Below, one piece after another: positions 48,945 to 59,094 of a stretch of DNA of 64,000 bases. The first letter of the stretch is position 1, and every line of letters starts with the position of its first letter. The position numbers were made by a program, and so were the translations under genes. Under the pieces are notes generated by a model that worked only from the letters and a program-made list of their open reading frames with translations, ran no database searches and was not told where the DNA came from. The DNA comes from an uncultured Veillonellaceae bacterium (GTDB taxonomy: Bacteria; Bacillota; Negativicutes; JARBTT01), in contig CAWDTA010000001.1 of assembly GCA_963805085.1 (NCBI GenBank), positions 96,001-160,000 of the forward strand, given 5' to 3'.

Positions 48945-49104
48945 ACTTTTCATATAATAGTAATAAAAAGATGAAGATAAGTTTCGGTTTTTCCGGCAAA
49001 TATGGTAGAATAGAAACAATGTAAGTTTTTAATAGCAAAGATTCAGTGGCTTTGGCTGCTTGAAGATATTGTTTAGTCGATTATTTTTATTTTGGAGGAT
49101 GTCA

Positions 49105-50724
49105 ATGTCAGTAGAAGAACTTAATACGGAAATTAATAGACGTCGCACTTTTGCGATTATCTCGCATCCGGATGCTGGTAAAACAACATTAACGGAAAAA
49201 TTATTACTATACGGAGGAGCCATTCATTTAGCTGGTTCCGTGAAATCAAGAAAAACACAACGTCATGCTGTATCTGACTGGATGGAAATTGAAAAGCAAC
49301 GTGGTATTTCGGTAACATCGAGTGTATTGCAATTTGATTATGATGGGTTTCGCATCAATATCTTAGATACTCCAGGTCACCAAGATTTTAGTGAAGATAC
49401 CTATCGGACATTGATGGCAGTGGATAGTGCTGTTATGATTATCGATGTGGCAAAAGGTGTGGAAGCACAAACCAAAAAACTATTTAAAGTTTGTAAACAG
49501 CGCGGTATTCCAATTTTCACATTCGTAAATAAATTGGATCGCTTCGGAAAATCACCAATTGATTTAATGGAAGAAATCGAGAAAGTATTAGAGATTAATG
49601 CGTATCCAATGAACTGGCCAGTTGGGATCGATGGCAACTATAAAGGGGTTTATAATCGTCAAAAAGCACAAGTAGAGCTCTTTGATGAAGACGGATCACA
49701 CGGTCAAAATCTTCTTTCCTCTGTAGTCGGTTCGGTAGAAGATCCGGCTTTTGCTGAATTGTTAGGTAAAGATATTCACCAAGCCTTAGTTGAGGATATT
49801 GAACTTTTAGATATGGCTGGCGATGATTTTGATTTAGAAAAAGTAGCCCGTGGGGAATTGACACCAATGTTTTTTGGTAGTGCGATGACAAACTTTGGGG
49901 TACAAAACTTTTTAGAAGCGTTTTTGCGTCTTGCCCCAGCACCTGCACCGCGTACTTCTTCTGTTGGGAAAATTGAAACCAATGATGAAAAATTTTCTGC
50001 GTTCGTATTTAAAATTCAAGCAAATATGAATCCTGCCCATCGCGATCGGTTGGCTTTTATTCGGATTTGCTCAGGTAAGTTTACGCGCGGAATGTCTGTC
50101 TATCATGACAAAACAGGAAAAATGTTGAAACTTGCACAACCACAACAATTTTTAGCGCAAGATCGAACGATTATTGATGAAGCGTATCCAGGGGATATTG
50201 TTGGCTTATTTGATCCAGGAGTATTTGGTATTGGTGATACTTTATGCGAGCAAGGTGAAAAATTCTCCTTTGCAGATTTTCCTGTATTTCCGCCAGAACA
50301 ATTTGCCCGTGTTCAAGCAAAAGATACGATGAAGCGTAAACAATTCGTGAAAGGGATTACGCAGCTTACCCAAGAGGGTACGGTGCAATTATTCCAACAA
50401 GCGGGTGCTGGTACGGAATCTTATATTGTAGGAACAGTTGGTAGCCTGCAATTTGAGGTGCTCGAATACCGTTTGAAAAATGAATACGGTGTTGATATTT
50501 TAATGCAAATGCAACCATATGAGGTAGCTCGTTGGCTCGAAGGTAAAAATGGCGAAGTTGTTACACCCGCCTCACTTCGTGGTGCAGAGCGTGGAATGTT
50601 CGTTTATGATATCAAAGAGAGACCAGTATTGTTAGTAACAAATGAATGGGCTTTGGGATGGATTGCAGACAATAATTCTAATATTAATTTATTGCATGTA
50701 CCACCGGATAAAATAGAAGCATAA
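49105..50724 (+). CDS. prfC: peptide chain release factor 3
   Basis: RRRTFAIISHPDAGKTT, DTPGHQDFSEDT, FKIQANM...HRDR; ATG 49105 after GGAGG. Confidence 0.97.
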   Translation: MSVEELNTEINRRRTFAIISHPDAGKTTLTEKLLLYGGAIHLAGSVKSRKTQRHAVSDWMEIEKQRGISVTSSVLQFDYDGFRINILDTPGHQDFSEDTYRTLMAVDSAVMIIDVAKGVEAQTKKLFKVCKQRGIPIFTFVNKLDRFGKSPIDLMEEIEKVLEINAYPMNWPVGIDGNYKGVYNRQKAQVELFDEDGSHGQNLLSSVVGSVEDPAFAELLGKDIHQALVEDIELLDMAGDDFDLEKVARGELTPMFFGSAMTNFGVQNFLEAFLRLAPAPAPRTSSVGKIETNDEKFSAFVFKIQANMNPAHRDRLAFIRICSGKFTRGMSVYHDKTGKMLKLAQPQQFLAQDRTIIDEAYPGDIVGLFDPGVFGIGDTLCEQGEKFSFADFPVFPPEQFARVQAKDTMKRKQFVKGITQLTQEGTVQLFQQAGAGTESYIVGTVGSLQFEVLEYRLKNEYGVDILMQMQPYEVARWLEGKNGEVVTPASLRGAERGMFVYDIKERPVLLVTNEWALGWIADNNSNINLLHVPPDKIEA

Positions 50725-50732
50725 TATAAATA

Positions 50733-50772
50733 AAACAGAGGGAAAGCAGGACTAACCTACAAACCCTCTGTT
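50733..50772. terminator. probable bidirectional terminator
   Basis: AACAGAGGG / CCCTCTGTT stem between convergent genes. Confidence 0.55.
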
Positions 50773-50787
50773 ATTTTGTATATTTTT

Positions 50788-51552
50788 TCACTTACTAAAG
50801 TAAGTTTTTTTGACGTTATCGACAATGCTTTGTATATTGTTAGGTAGTAAATGAATGTTGTAACCAATAAATAATGGGGAAGTTGCAAAGCGTGGCAGTA
50901 TTTTTACACGAATAAGACCGTCGATTAAGTAGAAGAATATATTATAGCTTTTGCAGCGACTGTTAAGGCTGTGTAATAGATAGTGGGTAGCAATTTGAAT
51001 ATAATCAGCAAGCTGATCTAAATTGCTGTTATCGTTCATCACGATATTAAATTCGGAAAAGCCAATCCTAGGGTACGTAGAGACGTTAAATTCTACGTTG
51101 TCACACTTATCAAGTACAATGCCTTCAAATTCCTTTGGATTAAGGCCAGCATAGCAATCAGCAGTTTTTAGACCAATAATTTGCATATGGGGATGACGAA
51201 TGGTGCCACCCGAGAATGGACCGTGATTTTTGAAAAATAGCACGGATTGATATTCCTTAGAATCAGTAAATTTAAACCAATTTTTGACGCCAAATCGTAT
51301 TAAGCTGTGTAAATGTTCTTTGTTGTACTGAGAAAGTTCTGAATCGCAATCTTCAGTTTCAATTAATACGGTTTGTAAGGAGTTTTGCAAAACTTGATAT
51401 TTATTTTCAATTAAAAGTAGTTCGCCTTCTTGGTCGATTATATTTGTAAGATTATCACGGTCACAGAATGGGCAAGCGGCAGTGGTATTTATGATGTTTT
51501 CTGGTTTATTTTTACCAATCGCGACGTTAAATCCTAGATAATTCGTTAGCAT
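50788..51552 (-). CDS. DUF4931 family protein (GalT/HIT-like nucleotidyltransferase fold)
   Basis: CPFC, ENKY, KNHGPFSGGTIRHPHMQI (HxHxQ). Confidence 0.75.
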   Translation of the reverse strand: MLTNYLGFNVAIGKNKPENIINTTAACPFCDRDNLTNIIDQEGELLLIENKYQVLQNSLQTVLIETEDCDSELSQYNKEHLHSLIRFGVKNWFKFTDSKEYQSVLFFKNHGPFSGGTIRHPHMQIIGLKTADCYAGLNPKEFEGIVLDKCDNVEFNVSTYPRIGFSEFNIVMNDNSNLDQLADYIQIATHYLLHSLNSRCKSYNIFFYLIDGLIRVKILPRFATSPLFIGYNIHLLPNNIQSIVDNVKKTYFSK

Positions 51553-51736
51553 GGAGTCACCTTCTTGTTAAATTAATACTGGAATACTAAGTCTAGAAAT
51601 GATATAATTTTTTAGCTTGGTAAATAATACTTTTTTTTAAATCACTATACTATATATTATATAGGTTTATGTTAAAAAGAAAAGCGAAAGTTTGCTTTAA
51701 GGTAGGTGTTATACAATTAGTAGTCAGGAAGAAAAA

Positions 51737-53341
51737 ATGAATACAAGTGAATCTTTCCTTAAAGGAACTTTTATCCTCGCAATTGCAGGGATAGTTGTAA
51801 AAGTTATCGGTTCTTTAAATTGGATATTTGTATCAAGGGTATTAGGTGGGGAAGGTATTGGTCTTTACCAAATGGCATTCCCAATTTACTTATTGGCACT
51901 TAGTGTCTCTTCTGCAGGGGTTCCGGTGGCAATTTCGATTATTACAGCAGAAAAAGTTGCGTTAAAAGATATATTGGGTGCGAAGCGTGTTTTTCGAATT
52001 TCGCTTGCCTTGATGGCTGTTACAGGAATGATCTTTAGTTTAGCTACGTATTTTGGAGCAGGTTTTTTAATTGAGTATCGTTTTATTCGTGATCCAAGGG
52101 CCTATTATTCAGTAGCGGCATTAGCGCCGGCTATTTTTTTCGTTACCATTCTTGCAAGTTCACGTGGTTATTTACAAGGTTGGCAAAGGATGACACCAAC
52201 AGCGGTATCTCAGATTGTTGAACAAATCTTTCGCGTAATCACCATGATTCTATTTGCAAATTTGCTTTTGCCACAAGGTCTTGAGTTTGCGGCAGCAGGT
52301 GCAAGTTTAGGTGCTTGTGCTGGTGCGGTGGCAGGTGTTATCGTCCTTGTTTATTATCATTGGCAATTAGAAAAAGATATTGAGCGTGAATATAGTGATC
52401 ATATTGTAGCAACGAAGCCTGAATCAAGTATGAAGATTATTAAACGTATCTTTGCATTGGCGCTTCCAGTATCGGCGGCGAGTATCATGTTACCCGTTGG
52501 TCAAAGTTTAGATTTGATGATTGTGCCAGCACGGCTAGAAGTAGCTGGATATAGTGTGAGTCAGGCAACCGAGTTATTTGGTTATTTAACGGGGATGGCA
52601 GTGCCACTGGTTAATTTAGCGACAGTCCTTACGGCATCGCTTGCAGTAAGCATTGTCCCCGCTATTTCAGAAGCGAAGGCGCTTGGCGATAAAGTGCGTT
52701 CGTTTCAGCAAGCGGCAGCAGCTATGCGTATTGCTAATTTAATTAGCTTTCCGGCCTTTATTATTGTGTTTATGTTGGATACACCCATTTCAGCACTTAT
52801 TTATAATGCGACAGCCGCAGGTCCAACAGTGCGTGTATTATCAACAAGTATCGTGCTCTTAGGGATTCATCAAGTGACGACTGGTGTACTCCAAGGACTG
52901 GGGCATACATCAGTGCCGGTGATTAATATGATTATTGCAGCAGCAGCAAAAGTAGTGCTTAACTGGATACTTACTGCAGAGCCGAGCCTTGGTATTCAAG
53001 GAGCCGCTTGGGCAACCGTTGCCGATTTTGGCATTGGAGCAGTCATGAATATGTATTTTTTACATAAATACATAGGGTATAAGTTAGAAGTCAAACAAGT
53101 GGTAAAAACGATTTTGGCTACTAGCTTAATGGGGCTAACCCTTCATCTAGTGTATCAATATATCATGGATTATATGTCAATTAATAGTGTAGCTACGTTA
53201 GGTTCGATTACCATTGGTTGTATTGTTTATATTGTAGTATTAATGATGCTTGGTGGCATTAGTGAACGAGATGTAGAACGAGTGCCGATGATTGGTTCTA
53301 TTGCGATAAAATTTTTACACCGCATTGGTGTATTTAAATAA
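51737..53341 (+). CDS. MOP-superfamily flippase / polysaccharide biosynthesis protein (SpoVB/YabM/MurJ-like)
   Basis: SFLKGTFIL, GGEGIGLYQMAFPIY, RGYLQG..MTPTAVSQIVEQ; about 14 TM. Confidence 0.88.
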   Translation: MNTSESFLKGTFILAIAGIVVKVIGSLNWIFVSRVLGGEGIGLYQMAFPIYLLALSVSSAGVPVAISIITAEKVALKDILGAKRVFRISLALMAVTGMIFSLATYFGAGFLIEYRFIRDPRAYYSVAALAPAIFFVTILASSRGYLQGWQRMTPTAVSQIVEQIFRVITMILFANLLLPQGLEFAAAGASLGACAGAVAGVIVLVYYHWQLEKDIEREYSDHIVATKPESSMKIIKRIFALALPVSAASIMLPVGQSLDLMIVPARLEVAGYSVSQATELFGYLTGMAVPLVNLATVLTASLAVSIVPAISEAKALGDKVRSFQQAAAAMRIANLISFPAFIIVFMLDTPISALIYNATAAGPTVRVLSTSIVLLGIHQVTTGVLQGLGHTSVPVINMIIAAAAKVVLNWILTAEPSLGIQGAAWATVADFGIGAVMNMYFLHKYIGYKLEVKQVVKTILATSLMGLTLHLVYQYIMDYMSINSVATLGSITIGCIVYIVVLMMLGGISERDVERVPMIGSIAIKFLHRIGVFK

Positions 53342-53370
53342 ATTCGATAAAGGGATGTGACGAGATCGGG

Positions 53371-54258
53371 ATGAAAAAATTAATTCTTGTCTATAATCCA
53401 GTTTCTGGGGATGCATTATTTAAATATAAATTAGATGATATTTTTGCGCAATTTTTAGCAAATGATTGTATTATTATACCCTATCGGACACGTAAAGATA
53501 ACCAGAAATCATTTATTGCTTTCTTAAATAGCGTTGATGTTGAAGGAATTGTTATCTCTGGTGGTGATGGAACCGTACATGAAATCATTAATTTAATGAT
53601 TAAGAATGATATTGATTTACCAATTGGCATTATTGCAAGTGGGACATCGAATGATTTTGCATCTTTTTTAGGGATTAATGAGGATATAGACGCTTATATT
53701 CGTGCGATTGCTCGGGGGAAAGTGATGCCGATTGACATTGGACAAATTGGTGAGAAATATTTTATTAATGTAGCGAGTGCTGGGGTATTAACTTCTGTAG
53801 CCCATAAGGTGGATGCAGGACTTAAAAATGCAATTGGTAAAATGGCATATTATTTAAAAGGACTGGGAGAAATTCCTAGCTTTCGTGCACTTGATTTGAC
53901 AATTTGTGCGGATAATGAAGTGCTTCGTGAAAAGGTATTTTTATTTGTTATTATCAATAGTGGTACGGTGGGGAGTATGAAGAATCTTGCCACCAATGCG
54001 AAAATTAATGATGGTAAACTGGATATGATTATTGTAAAACAATGTAGTATTCCAGAGCTAATGGCATTGACAGTAGAACTGCTCGCCGGTAATGATATTA
54101 CAAAACGCAACAATGTTATGTACTTACAGGCAGCAAATATTAAAATAGAATCTACGGAAATGGTCGAAAGTGATTTAGATGGTGAACTGGGTCCGAAACT
54201 GCCATTAGAAATTAAGACGTTACAAGGAAAAATGAATTTGTTTTATGATCAAAAATAA
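53371..54258 (+). CDS. diacylglycerol/lipid kinase (YegS/BmrU family)
   Basis: YNPVSG, GGDGTVHE, GTSNDFA, DGKLD, DGE. Confidence 0.92.
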   Translation: MKKLILVYNPVSGDALFKYKLDDIFAQFLANDCIIIPYRTRKDNQKSFIAFLNSVDVEGIVISGGDGTVHEIINLMIKNDIDLPIGIIASGTSNDFASFLGINEDIDAYIRAIARGKVMPIDIGQIGEKYFINVASAGVLTSVAHKVDAGLKNAIGKMAYYLKGLGEIPSFRALDLTICADNEVLREKVFLFVIINSGTVGSMKNLATNAKINDGKLDMIIVKQCSIPELMALTVELLAGNDITKRNNVMYLQAANIKIESTEMVESDLDGELGPKLPLEIKTLQGKMNLFYDQK

Positions 54259-54429
54259 GACAAACGAAAATAGTGGCAGTGGTATAATAATCTAGACACA
54301 GAGTAAAGTGGATTTACGGTCAATAGCTTGGACAAAAAAAGTGGTGTCAAGCAATCATTGATAAATAGTACAAACCTTTTGGATATGTTTTGGAGTAACT
54401 TTAAAAAGGAATAGTTTGCAGCATTCTGA

Positions 54430-54460
54430 CCACCGGCGTTAAGCCGGTGGATTTTTATTT
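54430..54460 (+). terminator. GC-rich hairpin with T tract (terminator, or IS200/IS605-type end hairpin)
   Basis: CCACCGGC-GTTAA-GCCGGTGG-ATTTTTATTT. Confidence 0.5.
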
Positions 54461-54729
54461 AGTATGACATTGGAGCAATGTTACGACAGGCGAAGGTTGT
54501 TTCATACCAATTTTCCCATGAAATATCGTACTTGTGATTTGATGCTTTTGGGATGGATTCTGTCGCTTAATGAAATAATATTCCAAGTGATTTACCTATA
54601 GATAAAACGAATATCATAAATTCGATATATGAATTTTACGAATATGTATATTTCTTGTATAATTTGAACATAAAGGAATCCGTATTTTACATTTAGTGAC
54701 AAATCTAATTCTTTAAAGGGGATAGGAAT

Positions 54730-55347
54730 ATGAAAAAAGTTTGCAGTGATTGGACAAAAATTTTTAGTGAGGAGTTTGTCAATCCGATATTTTGGAACGA
54801 TTTTGAATTAAATGCCAAAGCTGCTCACACCGAAATTATCAAAGTAAGTAACTTTGAAGAAGCTCAAATGACAATCTTTAATATTATCCGATCAACAAAA
54901 GCAAAAAGTATTGTTGCTGTAGGAAATGAAGAATCTACGAAAATTGCTAATATTTATAATAATTTATATAATCTTGACGTACAAATTTATACGGATAAAT
55001 TTGCAATCGCCGAAAATGCTCCCACTGCTGATATAGGCATATCTACCGCAGAATTCGCCGTTGGTGAAACTGGTAGTGTCTGTGTTGATTGCTATTCATA
55101 CGAATCTCGTGTTGTTGGTATGTTGCCACCTGTACACATAGTATTTTTAAATTGCAATAACATTGTAAAAAATATGACGACTGCTTTTAAAGTGATTTCC
55201 CAAGGTTTCAAAAATGGTTATATGGGGTTCATTACTGGCCCTAGTCGTACCGCTGATATAGAACGAGTTTTGAGCCTCGGCGTGCATGGACCGAGCAGAT
55301 TTATCATCATTGTCGTTGATGTGCCAGCTATTGGAGGGATGAATTGA
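54730..55347 (+). CDS. lutC: lactate utilization protein C (LUD domain)
   Basis: ADIGIS.AEFAVGETGSV, LPPVHI, ITGPSRTADIERVL..GVHGP. Confidence 0.88.
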   Translation: MKKVCSDWTKIFSEEFVNPIFWNDFELNAKAAHTEIIKVSNFEEAQMTIFNIIRSTKAKSIVAVGNEESTKIANIYNNLYNLDVQIYTDKFAIAENAPTADIGISTAEFAVGETGSVCVDCYSYESRVVGMLPPVHIVFLNCNNIVKNMTTAFKVISQGFKNGYMGFITGPSRTADIERVLSLGVHGPSRFIIIVVDVPAIGGMN

Positions 55348-57515
55348 TGACTAATAATCGTAATATAAAAAAAGAAATTGATGTAAAATTACATGATGAA
55401 GTATTGCGTGATGCTCTTGGTCGGTTTGTTGATCAGTATTCGGATGCTCGTTTGAAGGCTTATGCGAATGTTGATAGCATAGAAGATTTGCGCGATTCAC
55501 TCAAGGAGATGAAACAAGAAACCGTTGCCCATATTGAAGAAATCGCCGATGAATTCGAAGCTTCCGTGAAGCAGAAAGGAGGACAGTTCTATAGAGCTAA
55601 AGATGGTGATGCTGTAAAGAAATATTTGTTGAAAATTTGTCAGGAAAATAATGTACAACGTATTGTGAAATCTAAGTCTATGGTTAGCGAAGAAATTCAT
55701 TTGAATAAATTTTTAATTGATAATGGTCTGCATGTAAAAGAAACTGATCTGGGGGAGTGGATGCTTTCTGTCGCAGGGCAGAGGCCTTCTCATATGATTA
55801 TGCCAGCTATCCATTTGAACCGGCAACAATGTGCCGATTTCTTCTCGCAGGAATTGCAGGAAAAAGTACCAGATGACATTGATTTTATGATTCATAAAGC
55901 CCGCGAAGTCTTGCGCGATGAATTTTTGCAGGCTGACATGGGATTAACTGGCGCTAATTTTGGCATTGCGGAAAATGGTGCAATTGGACTTGTAACTAAT
56001 GAAGGAAACGCTCGTCTGTCCACCACTTTGCCACGTATTCATGTTATTTTGATTGGTTATGAAAAACTGATTCCTAAAATTGAAGATGCTGCGAAAATTC
56101 TACGTTTATTGCCACGTAATGGTACTTGTCAACGCATGACAAGCTATATGACAATGGTAGCTGGACCTACACCTGTGATACGTAAAGTCAATGGAAATTG
56201 GATAGAAGAAGACCGGCAGGTTTATGTAATCCTATTAGATAATGGACGTCTTAAGTCTGCGCATGATCCAAAATTCAAGGAAGTTTATCAATGTGTTCGT
56301 TGTGCCTCTTGTCTAAATGTCTGTCCCATATGGACCTTGGTAGGTGGACATGTATATGGGCATATTTATTCTGGTGGCATAGGTGTTATCCTAACAGGAC
56401 TTTTAAATAGCATGGAAGATTTTAATAAAATTAGTGAGCTTTGTATTGGTTGCCGTAAATGTGTTTCTATTTGTCCAGGAAAAATAAACATTCCAGACTT
56501 GATTGAAGAATTGCGGGCTCAAAACGTAAAGAACAATGGTTTGTCGTTACCGTTAAAAGTTGTGGTTCAAGATATCTTGGCAAATCGAAAAATTTTCCAT
56601 ACATTACTCCGTATAGCATCTATAGGACAGAAACCTGTCCAAACAGGTAATGTCATTCGTCATTTGCCGATGTTTTTTGCGAAACTTACTAATGGTCGGA
56701 GTCTACCGGCCATAGCTGATGAACCGTTGCGTGATCGTGTCAGTAAACTTTTGAAAAAGAATCCGCCTGCACCGGTAAAACGTGTTGCCTTTTTCAGTGG
56801 ATGTAATATTGACTTTGTTTTTCCAAAAACAGGACAATCTGTCATTCGTGTATTACAAGATCTAAATATGGAGGTCGTTTTCCCCGAACAACAAAATTGT
56901 TGCGGTAAACCAGTTCTTGGTATGGGCGACAGAGAAACTGCCAAAAATATCGCTAAAAATAATGTTATAGTTTTTGAGGAAGCGGTAGTTGATGTTATTC
57001 TCTGTGCCTGCCCAACCTGTGCTGAGACTTGGCATAAGACATATTTAGAATTATTTGCCGACGATCAAGAATGGGCTGATCGTGTAAGGAAAATCACAGC
57101 AAAAGTATATGAATTCACTAGTTTTGTTGCTGAAGCCTATGAAAAAGCTGACCGCCTTATTAAAACAAAAGGCAGCAAAAAAGTGACATATCACGATTCA
57201 TGTCATATGAATCGTGGGCTTGGAATCTTTCAACAGCCTAGACAGCTGCTGAATGCCGCCGTAGATTATGAATTGGTTGAAATGAAAAACTGCGATAAAT
57301 GCTGCGGCATGGCAGGGGCTTTTGGCATGAAATACAGCGAAATATCTCTGCCCATCCTCAAAGAAAAAATTGAAAACATTAAGGCTAGCGGAGCCGATAC
57401 AATTGCTGTGGCTTGTCCGGCTTGTATGATGCAAATTCAAGGTGGTCTTGACCAACAGGCTCCGGAAATCAAAATTAAACACATTGCAGATATTATTGCA
57501 GAACATTTAGAATGA
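55347..57515 (+). CDS. Fe-S L-lactate dehydrogenase large subunit, LutB-LutA fusion (LdhH/LldH type)
   Basis: KSKSM, ETDLGEW, TNEGN; two CxxCxxCxxxCP motifs; two CCG domains (FSGC..CCG..CPTC and YHDSCH..CCG..CPAC). Confidence 0.88.
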   Translation: MTNNRNIKKEIDVKLHDEVLRDALGRFVDQYSDARLKAYANVDSIEDLRDSLKEMKQETVAHIEEIADEFEASVKQKGGQFYRAKDGDAVKKYLLKICQENNVQRIVKSKSMVSEEIHLNKFLIDNGLHVKETDLGEWMLSVAGQRPSHMIMPAIHLNRQQCADFFSQELQEKVPDDIDFMIHKAREVLRDEFLQADMGLTGANFGIAENGAIGLVTNEGNARLSTTLPRIHVILIGYEKLIPKIEDAAKILRLLPRNGTCQRMTSYMTMVAGPTPVIRKVNGNWIEEDRQVYVILLDNGRLKSAHDPKFKEVYQCVRCASCLNVCPIWTLVGGHVYGHIYSGGIGVILTGLLNSMEDFNKISELCIGCRKCVSICPGKINIPDLIEELRAQNVKNNGLSLPLKVVVQDILANRKIFHTLLRIASIGQKPVQTGNVIRHLPMFFAKLTNGRSLPAIADEPLRDRVSKLLKKNPPAPVKRVAFFSGCNIDFVFPKTGQSVIRVLQDLNMEVVFPEQQNCCGKPVLGMGDRETAKNIAKNNVIVFEEAVVDVILCACPTCAETWHKTYLELFADDQEWADRVRKITAKVYEFTSFVAEAYEKADRLIKTKGSKKVTYHDSCHMNRGLGIFQQPRQLLNAAVDYELVEMKNCDKCCGMAGAFGMKYSEISLPILKEKIENIKASGADTIAVACPACMMQIQGGLDQQAPEIKIKHIADIIAEHLE

Positions 57516-57661
57516 ACTATATTTCGTTTGAATAGTATTCTCTTCGGCATTTTTATATTCCCCGTCTGTATTCTACCTATATTAGAATGCTTAAGTAGAT
57601 TTTGTGCTTTTGATAGCCAAAGTGTTTTAGCGCCGAGCCGATTGAATTTTTCCAACAGAAT

Positions 57662-57716
57662 AAAAGCTCCCCCTAAAGAAAGTTATATTATTTAAACTTT
57701 TTCCTTTAAGGGGAGC
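57662..57716. terminator. terminator hairpin downstream of the DUF815 gene
   Basis: GCTCCCCCTAAAG / CTTTAAGGGGAGC with an A tract on the left. Confidence 0.65.
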
Positions 57717-57719
57717 ATA

Positions 57720-58958
57720 TTATTTTTGTATGGTTCCTAAATAGTGGTTTACAAACTGTTGTGCAGTGCGTCCGGATCGCCCTGAATGATGAGTTTCCCA
57801 CTTGATTGCTTGCGCACGTAAGTCTTCACTATCTAAATTCATATGATGTTTTTTAAGTAATTCAGCGATTATTGTGAGATATTCTTCTTGATTTGGCGCA
57901 AGGTAACTGATGGTTAAGCCAAATCGATCCGATAAAGAAATCGTTTCATTCATGCTATCACTGCGATGAATCTCATCATTTGCTTCACCGCGATCTTTCC
58001 AAGTTTCTTTAATTAAATGACGACGGTTAGAAGTAGCATAAATAAGAACATTCGCTGGTTTGGCCTCCACGCCGCCTTCGATTGCCGATTTTAAATATTT
58101 ATATTCTACTTCAAAATCTTCAAAAGATAAATCATCTAGGAAGATGATGAACTTTTTACTACTACATAGACGTAATGTCTCCATGATTTTTGGTAAATGA
58201 ATCAATTGGTGCTTTGTGATTTCTAATAAGCGCAATCCTTGGTCGAAATATTTATTTGCCAACGCTTTTACTGCAGAGGATTTACCAGTGCCCCGTGCAC
58301 CAACGAGGAGGGCGTTATTGGCGGGTCTGCCAGCGACCAAGGCCTCAGTATTAGATATCAACATGCTTTTTTGCCGTTCATAACCAATCAAGTCTTCTAA
58401 GGTCATTTCATCGAAGTGTTTAATGCCTACTAAATGCTTTTCATTATCCCAACGGAAGGCGCGATAATTTGCGATATCGCCATACCCATAGGTGCGATAG
58501 TAATTGATAAAAACATCAGCAAGCATTTCATTTGAAGTTAATTCATCAAGTTTTGTTTGTAAATTAGCAAACGCAATTGATTTATTTAATGTGGTTGGCT
58601 GATACTCATCCAAAATTTTTGAATTGATGAAAAGGCTTGGAATAAGGTTTAATAAATAATACATAGTGATCATATCAGTTTTAAAAGCAGTGTAAAGGCT
58701 CATACCAATTTGTCCGTTGGAACGTTCCGTCATCAAAGCAACAATGTTATCGCCTTGAGACATAAGATAAGCAGCATAGCTGCGAATCAGATTTCCTGCT
58801 AAGCCAAGTGTTTCAGCTTTTTCGATTAGTTCAGCAATTAAGTTATTTCGTAAGGTGATATTTTGCGTATCATCTAGAAAAGCGACCATTTTTTTTAGTA
58901 CAGAATCGTTTAATATATTGCGACAAACAATGAATTCATGTAGGTTTGGTTTAATCAT
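57720..58958 (-). CDS. DUF815 family AAA+ ATP-binding protein
   Basis: ANNALLVGARGTGKSS, FLDDLSF, YATSNRRHL, SLSDRFGL, SGRTAQQF; ATG 58958 after AGGAGG. Confidence 0.88.
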   Translation of the reverse strand: MIKPNLHEFIVCRNILNDSVLKKMVAFLDDTQNITLRNNLIAELIEKAETLGLAGNLIRSYAAYLMSQGDNIVALMTERSNGQIGMSLYTAFKTDMITMYYLLNLIPSLFINSKILDEYQPTTLNKSIAFANLQTKLDELTSNEMLADVFINYYRTYGYGDIANYRAFRWDNEKHLVGIKHFDEMTLEDLIGYERQKSMLISNTEALVAGRPANNALLVGARGTGKSSAVKALANKYFDQGLRLLEITKHQLIHLPKIMETLRLCSSKKFIIFLDDLSFEDFEVEYKYLKSAIEGGVEAKPANVLIYATSNRRHLIKETWKDRGEANDEIHRSDSMNETISLSDRFGLTISYLAPNQEEYLTIIAELLKKHHMNLDSEDLRAQAIKWETHHSGRSGRTAQQFVNHYLGTIQK

Positions 58959-59044
58959 AAGGCGCCTCCTAAAAATAAGTATTGGATTAGTATAACGCAA
59001 TAAAATAGCAAAGTAAATATTAAAGTGTAATTTTGTAAAGGAAT

Positions 59045-59083
59045 AAAAACGACGCTTTGCAAAAAATGCAAAGCGTCGTTTTA
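59045..59083 (-). terminator. intrinsic terminator of dapL
   Basis: AAAACGACGCTTTGCA / TGCAAAGCGTCGTTTT. Confidence 0.8.
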
Positions 59084-59094
59084 GTTAGAGGCAA

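Noticed and set aside
57437-57655. 72-aa minus-strand ORF with an apparent GGGGGAG RBS
   Set aside because: The RBS-like sequence is a terminator arm, the ORF overlaps the end of the lutBA fusion, and no motif was recognised.
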